Translations under genes and position numbers: made by a program | From: an uncultured Chloroflexia bacterium | GTDB taxonomy: Bacteria; Chloroflexota; Chloroflexia; Thermomicrobiales; UBA6265 | Length of the DNA stretch: 64,000 nucleotides | Assembly: GCA_963777865.1 (NCBI GenBank) | Contig: CAVZSG010000004.1 | Span: 115,650 to 179,649, forward strand | Direction: 5' to 3' | Notes under the pieces: generated by a model | Told to the model about the DNA's origin: nothing | The model's input: the letters and a program-made list of their open reading frames with translations, nothing else | Database searches by the model: none | Shown: positions 32,968 to 43,355 of the stretch, in pieces | Layout: every line of letters begins with the position of its first letter | Numbering within the stretch: position 1 is the stretch's first letter

Positions 32968-34034
32968 CTAGAAGAATCGCTTCAATGTGCCGACCGCTCC
33001 CTGTTTCCAGGGGACCCGGTGGGAAACACCGGACGCATTTTCAAAATCAGCCTGGTGCGCCTTGTACCACTCGAAGTTACGCAGGAGCGCATCCTGATTG
33101 GAGTATTTCGGCTGCCAACCGAGTTGTCGCTTTGCCTTCTCGATAGAGACAAACGAATCCTTGGAGGCGGTCTCATAAACCCACTTGTAGAGTGGCGAGA
33201 CATTCAGCTTCTCCAGCACGCGCAAGGGCCAGAATAGCCGGACCAGCAGGAGTCCCCCGCACCTTCTTGCCGAATCCCGCGGCGTCAATAACTGCCTGGT
33301 AATCCTCGGCCATCGTTGCGAATTTTTCGGCGCCAACATTGAATGTGTCGTTAACCGTTGCGTCGTCCTTGATCAGACACAACCAGATCGCCTGGCAGAG
33401 GTCCTCGACGTCCAGCAACTGATAGCGGTTCTTGCCGTTGCCCAGCATTGGGAAGCCACGACCGTCCAACGCCCAGTCATAGAGAAGCGAGAAAACTCCC
33501 AATCGCTCCGGCCCGATAAACGACTTTGGCCGAATAATCGGAACGACCAGACCAAGGGCACGCTGCTCGAGTGCGACCATTTCCGCCTGGATCTTGGCTT
33601 GCCCATACGGACCGACCCCATCCAGCTTGTCATCTTCCATCAATGGGTGATGATCCGGGATGCCATACACCGCGGTGGATGAAATGTGCACGGCGCGTTT
33701 GATTCCGCGTTCACGGGCGGTTGAGAGCACGACCCGGGTTCCAACCACATCGGTCGTATGGATGTCATCGGGGGTATAGAGCGGCAAGTGCAGCGGCACA
33801 GTGAACCACCGCATCGCAACCGTCCATTGCCAATTCGACCGCAGCCTTGTCCCGGATATCACCGGTGACGATCCGCACCCGGTCGCGGACGTCGGAGTAA
33901 TCAAAGGAAGCAATATCGAGCGAGGTCACATCGACATCACGCTCAAGAAGGTAGCGGATCAGATTGATCCCCAGAAATCCCGCACCACCGGTGACCAGCA
34001 CCCGGGTCGGTCGAAACACAGTCTCGTCAGCCAC
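32968..34034 (-). CDS. NAD-dependent epimerase/dehydratase (extended SDR), frameshifted
   Basis: 'VLVTGGAGFLG', 'HISSTAVYG', 'YGQAK' YxxxK; split over three ORFs. Confidence 0.88.
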
Positions 34035-34360
34035 AAATATCTCGCCTGAACGCAAAGCACTGGACGCCGGAATCCCCCTCCGGCCACGACTGAGCATACG
34101 TGTTCGTACACCCAGCGTCTACGTCCAAACCGGTACGTAAGACCAATTCACCCCTGACCGATGGTGCCCCGCGCGGCACGCTGTCTCGCTCCTCATCGAT
34201 GCAGTACGGCGGATTCTGCTTACGGATTCACCAGTTTGGATCTGGATGAAACGAGCAGGGCTCGCATCCTCCGTAGAGACCGATACTTCGACAGGGTCGG
34301 CCATTTATGCAAGAATGGCGCAGCACTTAACCTTCCTGAACAAAATATCGGAGATGAGTC

Positions 34361-35640
34361 ATGCGCAACGATGGTCGCTTCAGTCCGCCGCTTGCACGCT
34401 TGTGCGCAGTCGTTGTGCTCCTCTTCGCGGCGATTGGATTCGCCCAGCCAGCACGCGCTGCTGCAACCTGCATCATTCTTGATGTCCCGTACACCGCAAC
34501 CATTACCGGTTCCGGGACGATCAATGGAACTCCGGGCAATGACGTCATCATCGGCTCCAACGGTCGCGATGTAATCAAGGGCAATGGCGGTCAGGACATC
34601 ATCTGCGCACGGGGTGGAAATGATGATGTGACAGGCGGATCTGGCGACGACGCAATAGTTGGTGAGGGTGGAAACGACACTCTTCGCGGTCTTGCCGGAA
34701 ACGATTACGTAGACGGTTTCGCTGGGGATGACTCGCTGGCCGGAGGCGACGACGACGATTACGTTTACGGAGGTGAGGGGAACGACAAGATTACCCTCGG
34801 CATCGGCACCGACGTCGGCAACGGAGAAGGTGGCAAGGACCGCATCTATGGCCAGGCAGGCGATGACATTATCGATGGCGGCGTGGGAGACGACTCGGTT
34901 TCAGCCAATGCCGGAGATGATGACCTTACTGGCGACAGCGGCAATGACAAGTTGGTTGCCGGCGATGGCAATGATGAACTGTCGGTGGAATGCCGGTCTG
35001 GATCGACTGTATGGAGAAGCCGGCAACGACAACCTATATGGCGGGCCCGAGGACGATTATCTGTCCGGCTCGGCAGGCGACGACTGGTTATTTGGTAACG
35101 AGGGAAACGACACAATTCTTGGCAGCACCGGGGCAGATCTGATTGCTGGACAGGAAGGCAATGACACAATCAGCGGTGGGCCCGGAGACGACACGATTGG
35201 AATTTTGTTCGTTCAGTTTGCTGACGACGAACCGGGCAATGACACCATCACGGCTGGCTCAGGATTCGACTTTGTCATGGGCGGCTCAGGCGCCGACTCA
35301 ATCTGGGGTGAGGGAGACGGCGACGATCTCTGGGGCGACTATGAGGTAGAGGACCCAGGTCCAAATAGCGGCGACACTATTGATGGCGGCGATGGCGACG
35401 ACTCCATTCATGGTCAGGCAGATTTCAATTCATTGGAAACCAGCCCGAACATCCTGATCGGTGGAAATGGCAATGACGACATCTACGGCAGCGCCGGTAT
35501 TGACAATCTCTCAGGGAACGAAGGTACGCGACTATCTGAACGGGCAAGAAGGTGATGACCAACTCGACGGGGGTAACGGATCAGATACGTGCCCAGACAA
35601 CATCGGAACCAACATCTTCATATCCTGCGAATCGGTGTAG
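34361..35640 (+). CDS. Secreted calcium-binding RTX-repeat protein 1 (frameshifted)
   Basis: Signal peptide ending 'PARA', Cys-containing N-cap, many GGxGxDxLx nonapeptides, C-terminal 'DTCP...SCESV'. Confidence 0.85.
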
Positions 35641-35763
35641 CGGCGCCCACCTCGCATTTGCGAAAGCTGGAATCTTACGTCGACTCAGATGTCGAGAGTG
35701 AAGGCAGGTTCACAGTGACGTTGAATCGCGGTGGCTAGGCTCCCGTGAACGCTGCTCCTGGTT

Positions 35764-36675
35764 TCACCTGACTGGACGTGAACTGGTTGCGCGAGAGCTG
35801 TTGTTCCGGGATGGAAGAGCCAGCAGAGATAGGCCGAGCAGAATCAGAAACGCTCCGCCAAATCCGGCTCCCGAAAGGTGTTCATCAAGTACCACTACTC
35901 CCAGCACCGTTGCCACGACTGGCTCGGCAAGCGTGAGTGTGGCAACGGTTGCGGCTGGTAACACCTTCAGGCCGGCTCCGAAAAGCAGGTATGCGGCCAA
36001 TGTCGGAACGAGGCCCAGATAGATCGCCGTGGTCAGTCCACCCGCACTGTCCAGTCCGCCCGGCCAGCGAACAATCAAGACCGGCAGGAGCAGAAGCGCG
36101 CCGACGCCGAATACCAGACCCATTGCACCGTCATCCCGCTGCCCTGCCGACATCATCCGACTACTGACCACCGTATAGGCCCCGTAGCAGAGTCCCGCAA
36201 GTAACGCGAGAATCATGCCCTCCACCCGGCGCTCTGACGATCCGCCATCTGCCCCCGAAAAGACCAGAATGGCGCATCCAACAATCGCCAAAACGGTCGC
36301 GATAGCCCAGGTCACGGTCGGTCGACTCCGGTCGACGCCCCATTGGATTATCCCTGTCCAGACCGGACCAGACCCAATCGTCAACACGGTGCCTACGGCA
36401 ACACCGGCCCACTGTACGCCGGTGAAGAATCCGAGTTGGTACGCGGCAACGGTCAGACCTCCAAGCAGAATGTGGCCCCGGGGTGGCATCGCTCGGTCAA
36501 TATACGCACCTCGGCTGCGGGCATAGAGGAAGAGCAACGAGCCGCCGATTACTACACGTGCCGCGCCCACTGCGAGCGAGTCAAGCCCGTCTGGCCCAAG
36601 CGCCATCGCTGTACCAGTGGTACCGAACAGCACCGCAGCCGCCAGAACAAGCAAAGTACCGGTACGTGCATTCAT
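35764..36675 (-). CDS. EamA/DMT family transporter
   Basis: About 10 TM segments, 'LFGTTG', 'TLTLAEPVVA', 'VVLDE'. Confidence 0.9.
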   Translation of the reverse strand: MNARTGTLLVLAAAVLFGTTGTAMALGPDGLDSLAVGAARVVIGGSLLFLYARSRGAYIDRAMPPRGHILLGGLTVAAYQLGFFTGVQWAGVAVGTVLTIGSGPVWTGIIQWGVDRSRPTVTWAIATVLAIVGCAILVFSGADGGSSERRVEGMILALLAGLCYGAYTVVSSRMMSAGQRDDGAMGLVFGVGALLLLPVLIVRWPGGLDSAGGLTTAIYLGLVPTLAAYLLFGAGLKVLPAATVATLTLAEPVVATVLGVVVLDEHLSGAGFGGAFLILLGLSLLALPSRNNSSRATSSRPVR

Positions 36676-36773
36676 TGAATCAGTATGTGATAAGTCCGAC
36701 CAGTAGAATCACGTATCCGGACGCAACCTTGATAGAGCACCTTAGGACCCATGGGCAATTCAATCTTGCGGTG

Positions 36774-37928
36774 CTAGGGCACTCCAGCAACACTTTCGCA
36801 TCCATCGTCCAAGGCAAGAGTGTCAATCCCGCTGCTTCCCGGAGCAGTAGTCTCCAGAGCCATCTCCACCACCAAACTGGTCGTTCCCCGCTTCGCCGTA
36901 GAGCCGATCGTTGTTACCACCCTGTCCCCACAATGTGTCGTTGCCATCCCCACCGACTAACTTGTCCGAACCGCCCTCGCCATAAAGGTCGTCGTTCTCC
37001 GATCCACCCGATATCTGGTCGGATCCAGAATCGGAACTTGATCCTCCCGAGGAACCGAAAATAGTGTCATTTCCCTCCTCGCCGTAAAGTTTGTCGTTGC
37101 CGGTTCCTCCGTAGATGTAGTCATCTCCGCTGCTACCGGTCATATTGTCCGCACCCTCATCACCAGTGATGTTGTCATTACCAGGCCCGGAATCAACTGT
37201 GTCGTTGCCGGAACCGGCAGAGATCAGATCAGCTCCGGCCCCTCCAGATATCTGATCGACCCCCGAATCGCCAAACAACTTGTCGTCGCCGTCCTGTCCG
37301 TAAATCCGGTCATCGCCCATCTGCCCATTAACTTCATCGTTACCAGTCCCGCCAATCAGCACATCTCCACCGTCGGCAACTGGCCCGCCCAGGGCGCGAT
37401 GGACCCCGTACACCCAGTCGTTTCCGGGCCCGCCGTCGAGACGATCTGCTCCCAGGCCACCATCCAGTTCGTCGATTCCGTCTCCACCGCGGATGACGTC
37501 ATCTCCATCGTCGGACTCAAGCTGATCATCACCGTCATTCCCGCTGATGTCGTCATTGCCTGCACCTCCGAAGATGTCATCCGCATCGGCGCCACCGACG
37601 ATCAGATCATTGCCGGTATCACCGGTGATCCGGTCAAGGCCGGTGTTTCCGTTGATCTGATCGTGCCGCCGCGACCACAGATAATGTCATCGCCACCGAA
37701 ACCATCGATGACATCCACTCCATTGGTCCCGCGGATGACGTCGTTACCGGACGTACCAATTGTCGGGACACCAGCAACCGCATTGATTGTGGCGGGGAAG
37801 GTGCCGCCACGGAACGAACAGAACAATGCCGCAGTCTCGGATTGTGCCCTGGCAAGACCTGGCGTCAGTGCGGCGAGGGTCAGTAGAAGGGCAATCCAGA
37901 GTCGGAGTCGAACCATTTGCATGTCCAT
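36774..37928 (-). CDS. Secreted calcium-binding RTX-repeat protein 2 (frameshifted)
   Basis: Signal peptide 'LRLWIALLLTLAALTPGLARA', 'GTSGNDVIRGT...DDIICG', GGxGxD repeats; frame-corrected end 'DYC...DDGCESVAGVP'. Confidence 0.82.
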
Positions 37929-38026
37929 TTCCAGAGGGGGCCAGCAAGTGTAGGCCCGCAGGTTGGGGGAGTCGCCTCATGATATCGGGTTGGCCTCGAA
38001 TGGCAAGAGTCAGATACAGGCTGGAA

Positions 38027-39567
38027 TCATGCCAGCGACTTGACGTGCACACGTTGCCCGCCGAGCGATTCGAGCATATGGTCCGCTACCCGGATGGCCT
38101 GGGCTCCGATTGTGCAGGCCGGATTTACGCCAGTCGACGACGGGAAGAACGAGGCATCGACAACGTACAGGTTGTCCAGATCGTGCGCCTTGCAATGCTG
38201 ATCAAGCACGGAGGTCGCCGGATCGTCACCGAACTTCATCGTCCCGACCTGATGGGAGTTGGTTTCGATCCCCATTACCCGATCAATCATCACCTTGTAT
38301 CCGGCCTCCCGGAAAATGTCTCGTGATACCTTGATGAACTCGCGATGTGTGACCGTATTGTTTGCTCGCCAGTTGACCTGTATCGAGCCATCATTGGCCA
38401 AGCGTGACCCGGTTCTCCGGATCGGGCAGGTCCTCGCTCATCACCCACCAGTCGGTGCTGTGACTGGCAATCTGCCCGAGAACAGCGGATGGCACATGCG
38501 GGACCGAGCTCTTCAGCATCGGAGTTCGCACCTTGCCAACTGGTTGCAAGTTCCCGAGTGGATATGGCGAGTTCGGGCCGCTTAAGTAGTAATCATTGAT
38601 CGACATCGTCTTCTGGAATGTGGTCGGGTTGGTCCGTTTGGGATCGATCGCGATCAGTACCGCGTTGTTGTGGACCATGTAGTTCCGACCGACAAGATCG
38701 GATGAATTGGCCAAACCTGTGCGATGCCGGTCGTTGGCAGATCGGAGCAGCAGCGCCGCCGAATTCACCGCTCCGCATGCAACTACAACGGTGCCGGCCG
38801 TTATCGTCTCAAACTCGCCGTCACGAACAGTTTCAACTCCGGTAACCGTCCGTCCAGACGGGTCCGTAATCAACCGTCGCACGTACGTCCCGGTACGCAA
38901 CTCGACGCCGCCCGTCGCGATCGCCGGTCGTACTCCGCAGGACTCACTGTCCCCTTTCGCGTCATAGAGGCAGGGGAACGCATCACATGTTGAACAGAAG
39001 GTGCATTTGCCACCGGTTTGCAGGTCGATACCGATGGGTAGCGAGAACGGATGCAATCCGTTCCGCTCGAGTCGATGACGCAGATCGGTCATGTACTCGT
39101 CGGCCGGAACCGGGGGATGTGGAAATGGGGATGAACGCGGCCCCTCGGTTGGGTCGATTCCCGATTCGCCATGCACCCAATACCAGTCTTCCATTATCCG
39201 GTAGTAGGGTTCGAGATCGTCATACGAAATCGGCCAACCAGGAGACGTCCCTCCTTCGTGTTCCAGATCGTCGAAATCCTGGGGACGCAGACGAGGAAAT
39301 GCGGCGCCGTACACCTTGGTATTGCCGCCAACCCAGTAGTGGACTCCCGGGATGAAATGGCCTACCGGCCTGAACGTCGTGCCAGAGTTCTTTCGCTTTG
39401 TACCGGTTCTCGATGAAGAGCGCAGCTGGATCCTGATTCTGCCGTTCCTTGGGAAGTTCGGTTCCCCGTTCCAGAAGCAGGATGCTCAGCCCCTGCCCGG
39501 CCAGAGCACGGGCGAGCGTTCCTCCGCCCATTCCTGTACCGATGATGACTACGTCGTACCCAGCCAT
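38027..39567 (-). CDS. GMC family oxidoreductase (frameshifted)
   Basis: 'YDVVIIGTGMGGG', 'WPISYDDLEPYY', 'C..CSTCDAFPC', 'SHQVGT', 'NLYVVDASFFPSSTGVNP'. Confidence 0.9.
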
Positions 39568-39891
39568 CAAGAGTCCCCCAATGCGTCAACTATTGCGTCT
39601 GTCGTGTGTATCGCATGATCCCACAGCGCCTCATAACCAGTGCGGCGACTAGGTGCTGATCGTCGAGCAAAAGGCAGGACAATCTGCAGGTTGGAACAAG
39701 CGTGATGACGGAACGAGCTCTGCTTTTCTCATTTCAACCGTTGTTCTGATCTCGCCTGGCGATTATTTCGGTGTACAACCACGCCTAAGTGAGCTCAATC
39801 AGACCATCCACCCCGATGGGGGGGTCGCACAATCACCCTTCTATTAGGCACAATAGAGTGAACAGGTTCGATACCGGGGAGGACCGCGATT

Positions 39892-40506
39892 GTGTGGCGA
39901 CTGAAATATCTGATTATTGGAATGCTGCCAGCCGCAGTTCTTGGTGTTGTGCTCTATTTCCTGGCACCGCAAATGGCCGATGCGCTACGCGATGCTGTTC
40001 GCGAATCTGCTCAGGATGCCGTGACCGAAGTCTTTGAGCGAGAAGCGCCTGAACGGGTAGAACCCGGGCAAATTGTTATTACTGAGGTTCAGCTCGCTCA
40101 GGCAATCGAAAATGCCGATCGCCGAGACGAGACCTGGCAAGTCGATGACCTCAAAGTGATCATCGCTGACGGGCGCGTGCGTATTGTGGGTCTCGATAGC
40201 GACCTGGAAAATGATCAGATCGACTTCGCATCGTCGGCACCGCAGGTTGTAGGAGGTCGCCTGGTTATGACTGATCGGTCCGGTGTATTGGCCATCTTCA
40301 AGTCTGCCCGCGACGCGATTGCTGATCAGGTCGAAATTGAAATTGCAGCAATTTTCGAGCGGAGCGGGGTTGTTCCGGTCAGTGTGACAGCCGAAGACGG
40401 TCGCCTGGTGATTGTGACTGAAGAGGTCGCCGGCGGTACAACAATCGGCACTACTCCGTCCCCACAGGCTGGGCTTGGGCTTCGGACACCAACTCCCGTT
40501 TCCTGA
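39892..40506 (+). CDS. Membrane-anchored hypothetical protein
   Basis: GGAGG RBS, single N-terminal TM helix, soluble C-terminal domain. Confidence 0.7.
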   Translation: MWRLKYLIIGMLPAAVLGVVLYFLAPQMADALRDAVRESAQDAVTEVFEREAPERVEPGQIVITEVQLAQAIENADRRDETWQVDDLKVIIADGRVRIVGLDSDLENDQIDFASSAPQVVGGRLVMTDRSGVLAIFKSARDAIADQVEIEIAAIFERSGVVPVSVTAEDGRLVIVTEEVAGGTTIGTTPSPQAGLGLRTPTPVS

Positions 40507-40522
40507 TCACCCCTCCAATCGT

Positions 40523-40559
40523 AATGGGCCGCTTCTGAAATCCAGAGCGGCCCATTTTG
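40523..40559 (+). terminator. Hairpin terminator between convergent genes
   Basis: AATGGGCCGCT...AGCGGCCCATT stem, ending in a TTTT run. Confidence 0.65.
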
Positions 40560-40560
40560 T

Positions 40561-41740
40561 CTACTGAACTGCCGGGGCGCCAAGAAGCTTGTCGAGCGCC
40601 TCCACGAAAAAGTACTCACCCCACATCACGCTCTCATCGACGCCAAGTCCAAGACGTTCGTGGTAGGTACCGTGCTTGAGGATTCCCTCCCACCCGGGAG
40701 TTTGATCTGCCAGAAACTCGGGACTCAATAACGTATCCATGATTCTGGTTGCGTACGCTCGATAGCTATTCGACCGTTCTCGATCCTGAACCAGTTCTGC
40801 CAACTGGAACAGACCCGATGCGGTGATCGCTGCGGCTGAGCTTTCCCATGGGCGCGGAGGATTGGTCTCTTCCCAGTCATTTGGCGGCACACCGTCTGCT
40901 GACGTGCGATCCATGTAGAACGCAGCAGTCCGCTCGGCCGCGTCCAGGAATCGCTCATCCCGTGAGAACCGAAACGCCGTGCCGAATCCGTAGATCGCCC
41001 ACGCCTGACCACGTGCCCAACTGGAATCGTCGCGCCAGCCTTGATGGGTTGACTGTCGGATAAACTCGCCGGTCTCGACGTTGAACAGACCTTCGTGAGA
41101 CGTACTGCCATCTCCACGCATCAGATAGCGCCGGGTCGTCAGGCAGTGCTCAGTCACAATGTCGCAGTAGTTCGTCGTTGCCAGATTCCTGAGCGGCGTA
41201 GAAGATGATGCCGATGTTCATCATGATGTCGATGAAGCAACTCTCTGGCGACACGAAGGAGCGCAGGTACTTGCCGTGTTCATTGAACCGGTAGCCCATG
41301 GTCGTTCCCGCCGTGACCACAACATCCTTCAACGCTATGTCACCTGAGAGATCGAACCAGCGCTTGTAGGTCGACCAGAACACAAACCCGAGGTCATGCA
41401 CGTCGCGATCGTGCTTCCGCTCTTCGAGTGCCCGTGAGTAGTGTGCCGCCCGGTCGGCCCATTCGGGATCTCCAGTCCGACGGGCGAATATCCACATCAT
41501 GCCGGGCAGAAATCCATCGCACCAGCGGGTCCACGCGGGCTTGTCGTGTTTCCACTTCCCGCCTTCGGTGTACATAGGATAGAAATCGGGATGTCGGGTG
41601 ATATGCCCGAGTACTTGCTGCTGAGCAAACTCCATCGCCTGGTTGGCTCGGAAATTCTGGTTTGAAGAACCTGATGTCAATCCAAACTCCACTTCTTCTG
41701 CCTGGGTCAGGCTTGCCAAATTCGCAACATCGTCGGTCAA
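40561..41740 (-). CDS. Glycoside hydrolase family 88 (unsaturated glucuronyl hydrolase-like), frameshift near 41155
   Basis: 'WCDGFLPG', 'HDLGF', 'IDIMMN', 'THQG...SSWARGQAWAIYGF', 'ESSAAAI', 'WGEYFFVEAL'. Confidence 0.9.
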
Positions 41741-41838
41741 TACATGTGCCAGGGCATTGAACAGTAGCCGCCCAACGCGTCAAGATAAAAAAGCATTATG
41801 CGGTGCAGGACTGGAAATCAGATCGTCCAGATTCGAAT

Positions 41839-42210
41839 CTACACGTGCTGATCATTGACGGGGCGTTCAGCGTCAGAACTCCTAATTCGTTCGATGTTGT
41901 CGATCAGCTCGGGGAGCCTATCATGCGCGAGACGATACAGAAAGTGATCGTCTATCTCGCCAAAGTTGTGAATGATGCTATTGCGAAGTTCGATCAGATT
42001 CCGGTAGCGATGGATGCGACGCGCAGTTGTTCGATCTGAATCGCGAAGTTGATGGACAGCTTCGCCAATAATCTCGAAATTGCGCTCGACTGCCTGCCGG
42101 AGCATGCGGCTCGAAACGTATTCTTCCAGTGAAAGGTCGTCGGTAAGTTCCACGATGTACCTGGCAGCGTCCTCAATGTCCCAGAGTAGGCCTTCACTTT
42201 TCGGCCGCAT
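41839..42210 (-). CDS. hepT: HepT-like (DUF86/HEPN) ribonuclease toxin
   Basis: 'AVERNFEIIGEA' DUF86 motif and RX4H site 'RNSIIH'; overlaps the upstream nucleotidyltransferase gene. Confidence 0.88.
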   Translation of the reverse strand: MRPKSEGLLWDIEDAARYIVELTDDLSLEEYVSSRMLRQAVERNFEIIGEAVHQLRDSDRTTARRIHRYRNLIELRNSIIHNFGEIDDHFLYRLAHDRLPELIDNIERIRSSDAERPVNDQHV

Positions 42211-42535
42211 AAACAGGCCTCCGAGTCTCGGTCACATTGCGATTGAAGATTGGATTCCGGCGCGGACTGTCGAATATCAGATCGACATCCCGGCCGAGCA
42301 GCGACTCCAGATCTGCCTTGAGTGCAAGATGTTCGTCCAGCCATGGGCCAAGATCAACGGCTGATTTGTAGGACACCAGAAAGTCCACATCGCTGGTTTC
42401 CGGATCGAATTCGTCGGTAGTGATTGAACCAAACACGTCCAGTCGCTCAACACCATACCGAACACAAAGCGCTCTGATCCCGTCCAGATTTGCGGCAATC
42501 AACGCAGGAAGCTCCGAAACATTCATCTCACTCAT
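42194..42535 (-). CDS. mntA: MntA-like minimal nucleotidyltransferase antitoxin
   Basis: 'YGVERLDVFGS...SDVDFLV', 'LESLLGRDVDL', 'RNPIF'. Confidence 0.9.
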   Translation of the reverse strand: MSEMNVSELPALIAANLDGIRALCVRYGVERLDVFGSITTDEFDPETSDVDFLVSYKSAVDLGPWLDEHLALKADLESLLGRDVDLIFDSPRRNPIFNRNVTETRRPVYAAEK

Positions 42536-42578
42536 CGCATTGCTCCGGGAGGGTACCTACGTCCGCACCTGTAGCCAA

Positions 42579-43355
42579 CTATCGATCATCGAAGGTCGGT
42601 GATCGCTTTTCCCGATAGGCAGCGAGTCCTTCCTTGCCGTCTTCGGTCATCGCGGCGAGCGCACCGGCCATCGCCTCCAGCGCGATGCCCGTACTTCGAC
42701 CGCCCGCCCCATCGATCGCTGCTTTAGCCAATTGCACGCTGATCGGTGCATTCGCCGAGATCGACTCAGCCACAGACTGAACGCGATTACTGAATTCACT
42801 GGCCGAAACGACTTCGTTGACCAGACCCCACTGTTCCGCCCGCATCGCAGTGACTCGCTCACCGGTGAAGATCATTTGCTTTGCTCGAGCCGGACCGACC
42901 AGCTCAGTCAATCGATACGTGCCGCCCCAACCTGGAACGGTGCCGATCTTGACCTCGGGGGAGGCCATTTGCACCGACTCAACGGCAATTCGCATGTCGC
43001 ACGCCAGCGCTAACTCAAGTCCGCCACCAAATGTGTATCCATTAAGTGCAGCGATGGTCGGTATTCGGAGACTGGCGATCTGATCAAATATCGCAGACCC
43101 CTTTCGGACCCACGTTCGCCACATGTCGATCGGTTCCAGTTCCGACCACACCCCAATATCGGCACCGACACAAAATGCCCGGTCACCGATTCCCGAGATG
43201 ACAAGAACCCGAGCATCTCGCGAGCTATCGAGTGTCCTCACGTGCATCTCAATCTCGTCCAGCATGCCGGGATCCAGTGCATTGAGCTTCTCTGGTCGAT
43301 TGAGCGTCAGGGTGGCAACATGCCCGTCGATCTGAAAGATGATTTTCTCGCTCAA
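42579..43355 (-). CDS. Enoyl-CoA hydratase/isomerase family protein
   Basis: 'LNRPEKLNAL', 'FCVGADI', 'GGGLELALACD', 'PEVKIG'. Confidence 0.93.
   Translation of the reverse strand: MSEKIIFQIDGHVATLTLNRPEKLNALDPGMLDEIEMHVRTLDSSRDARVLVISGIGDRAFCVGADIGVWSELEPIDMWRTWVRKGSAIFDQIASLRIPTIAALNGYTFGGGLELALACDMRIAVESVQMASPEVKIGTVPGWGGTYRLTELVGPARAKQMIFTGERVTAMRAEQWGLVNEVVSASEFSNRVQSVAESISANAPISVQLAKAAIDGAGGRSTGIALEAMAGALAAMTEDGKEGLAAYREKRSPTFDDR

Noticed and set aside
42552-42565. LexA-like GGAC-N4-GTAC upstream of mntA
   Set aside because: Mismatched half-site and no recognisable promoter context.
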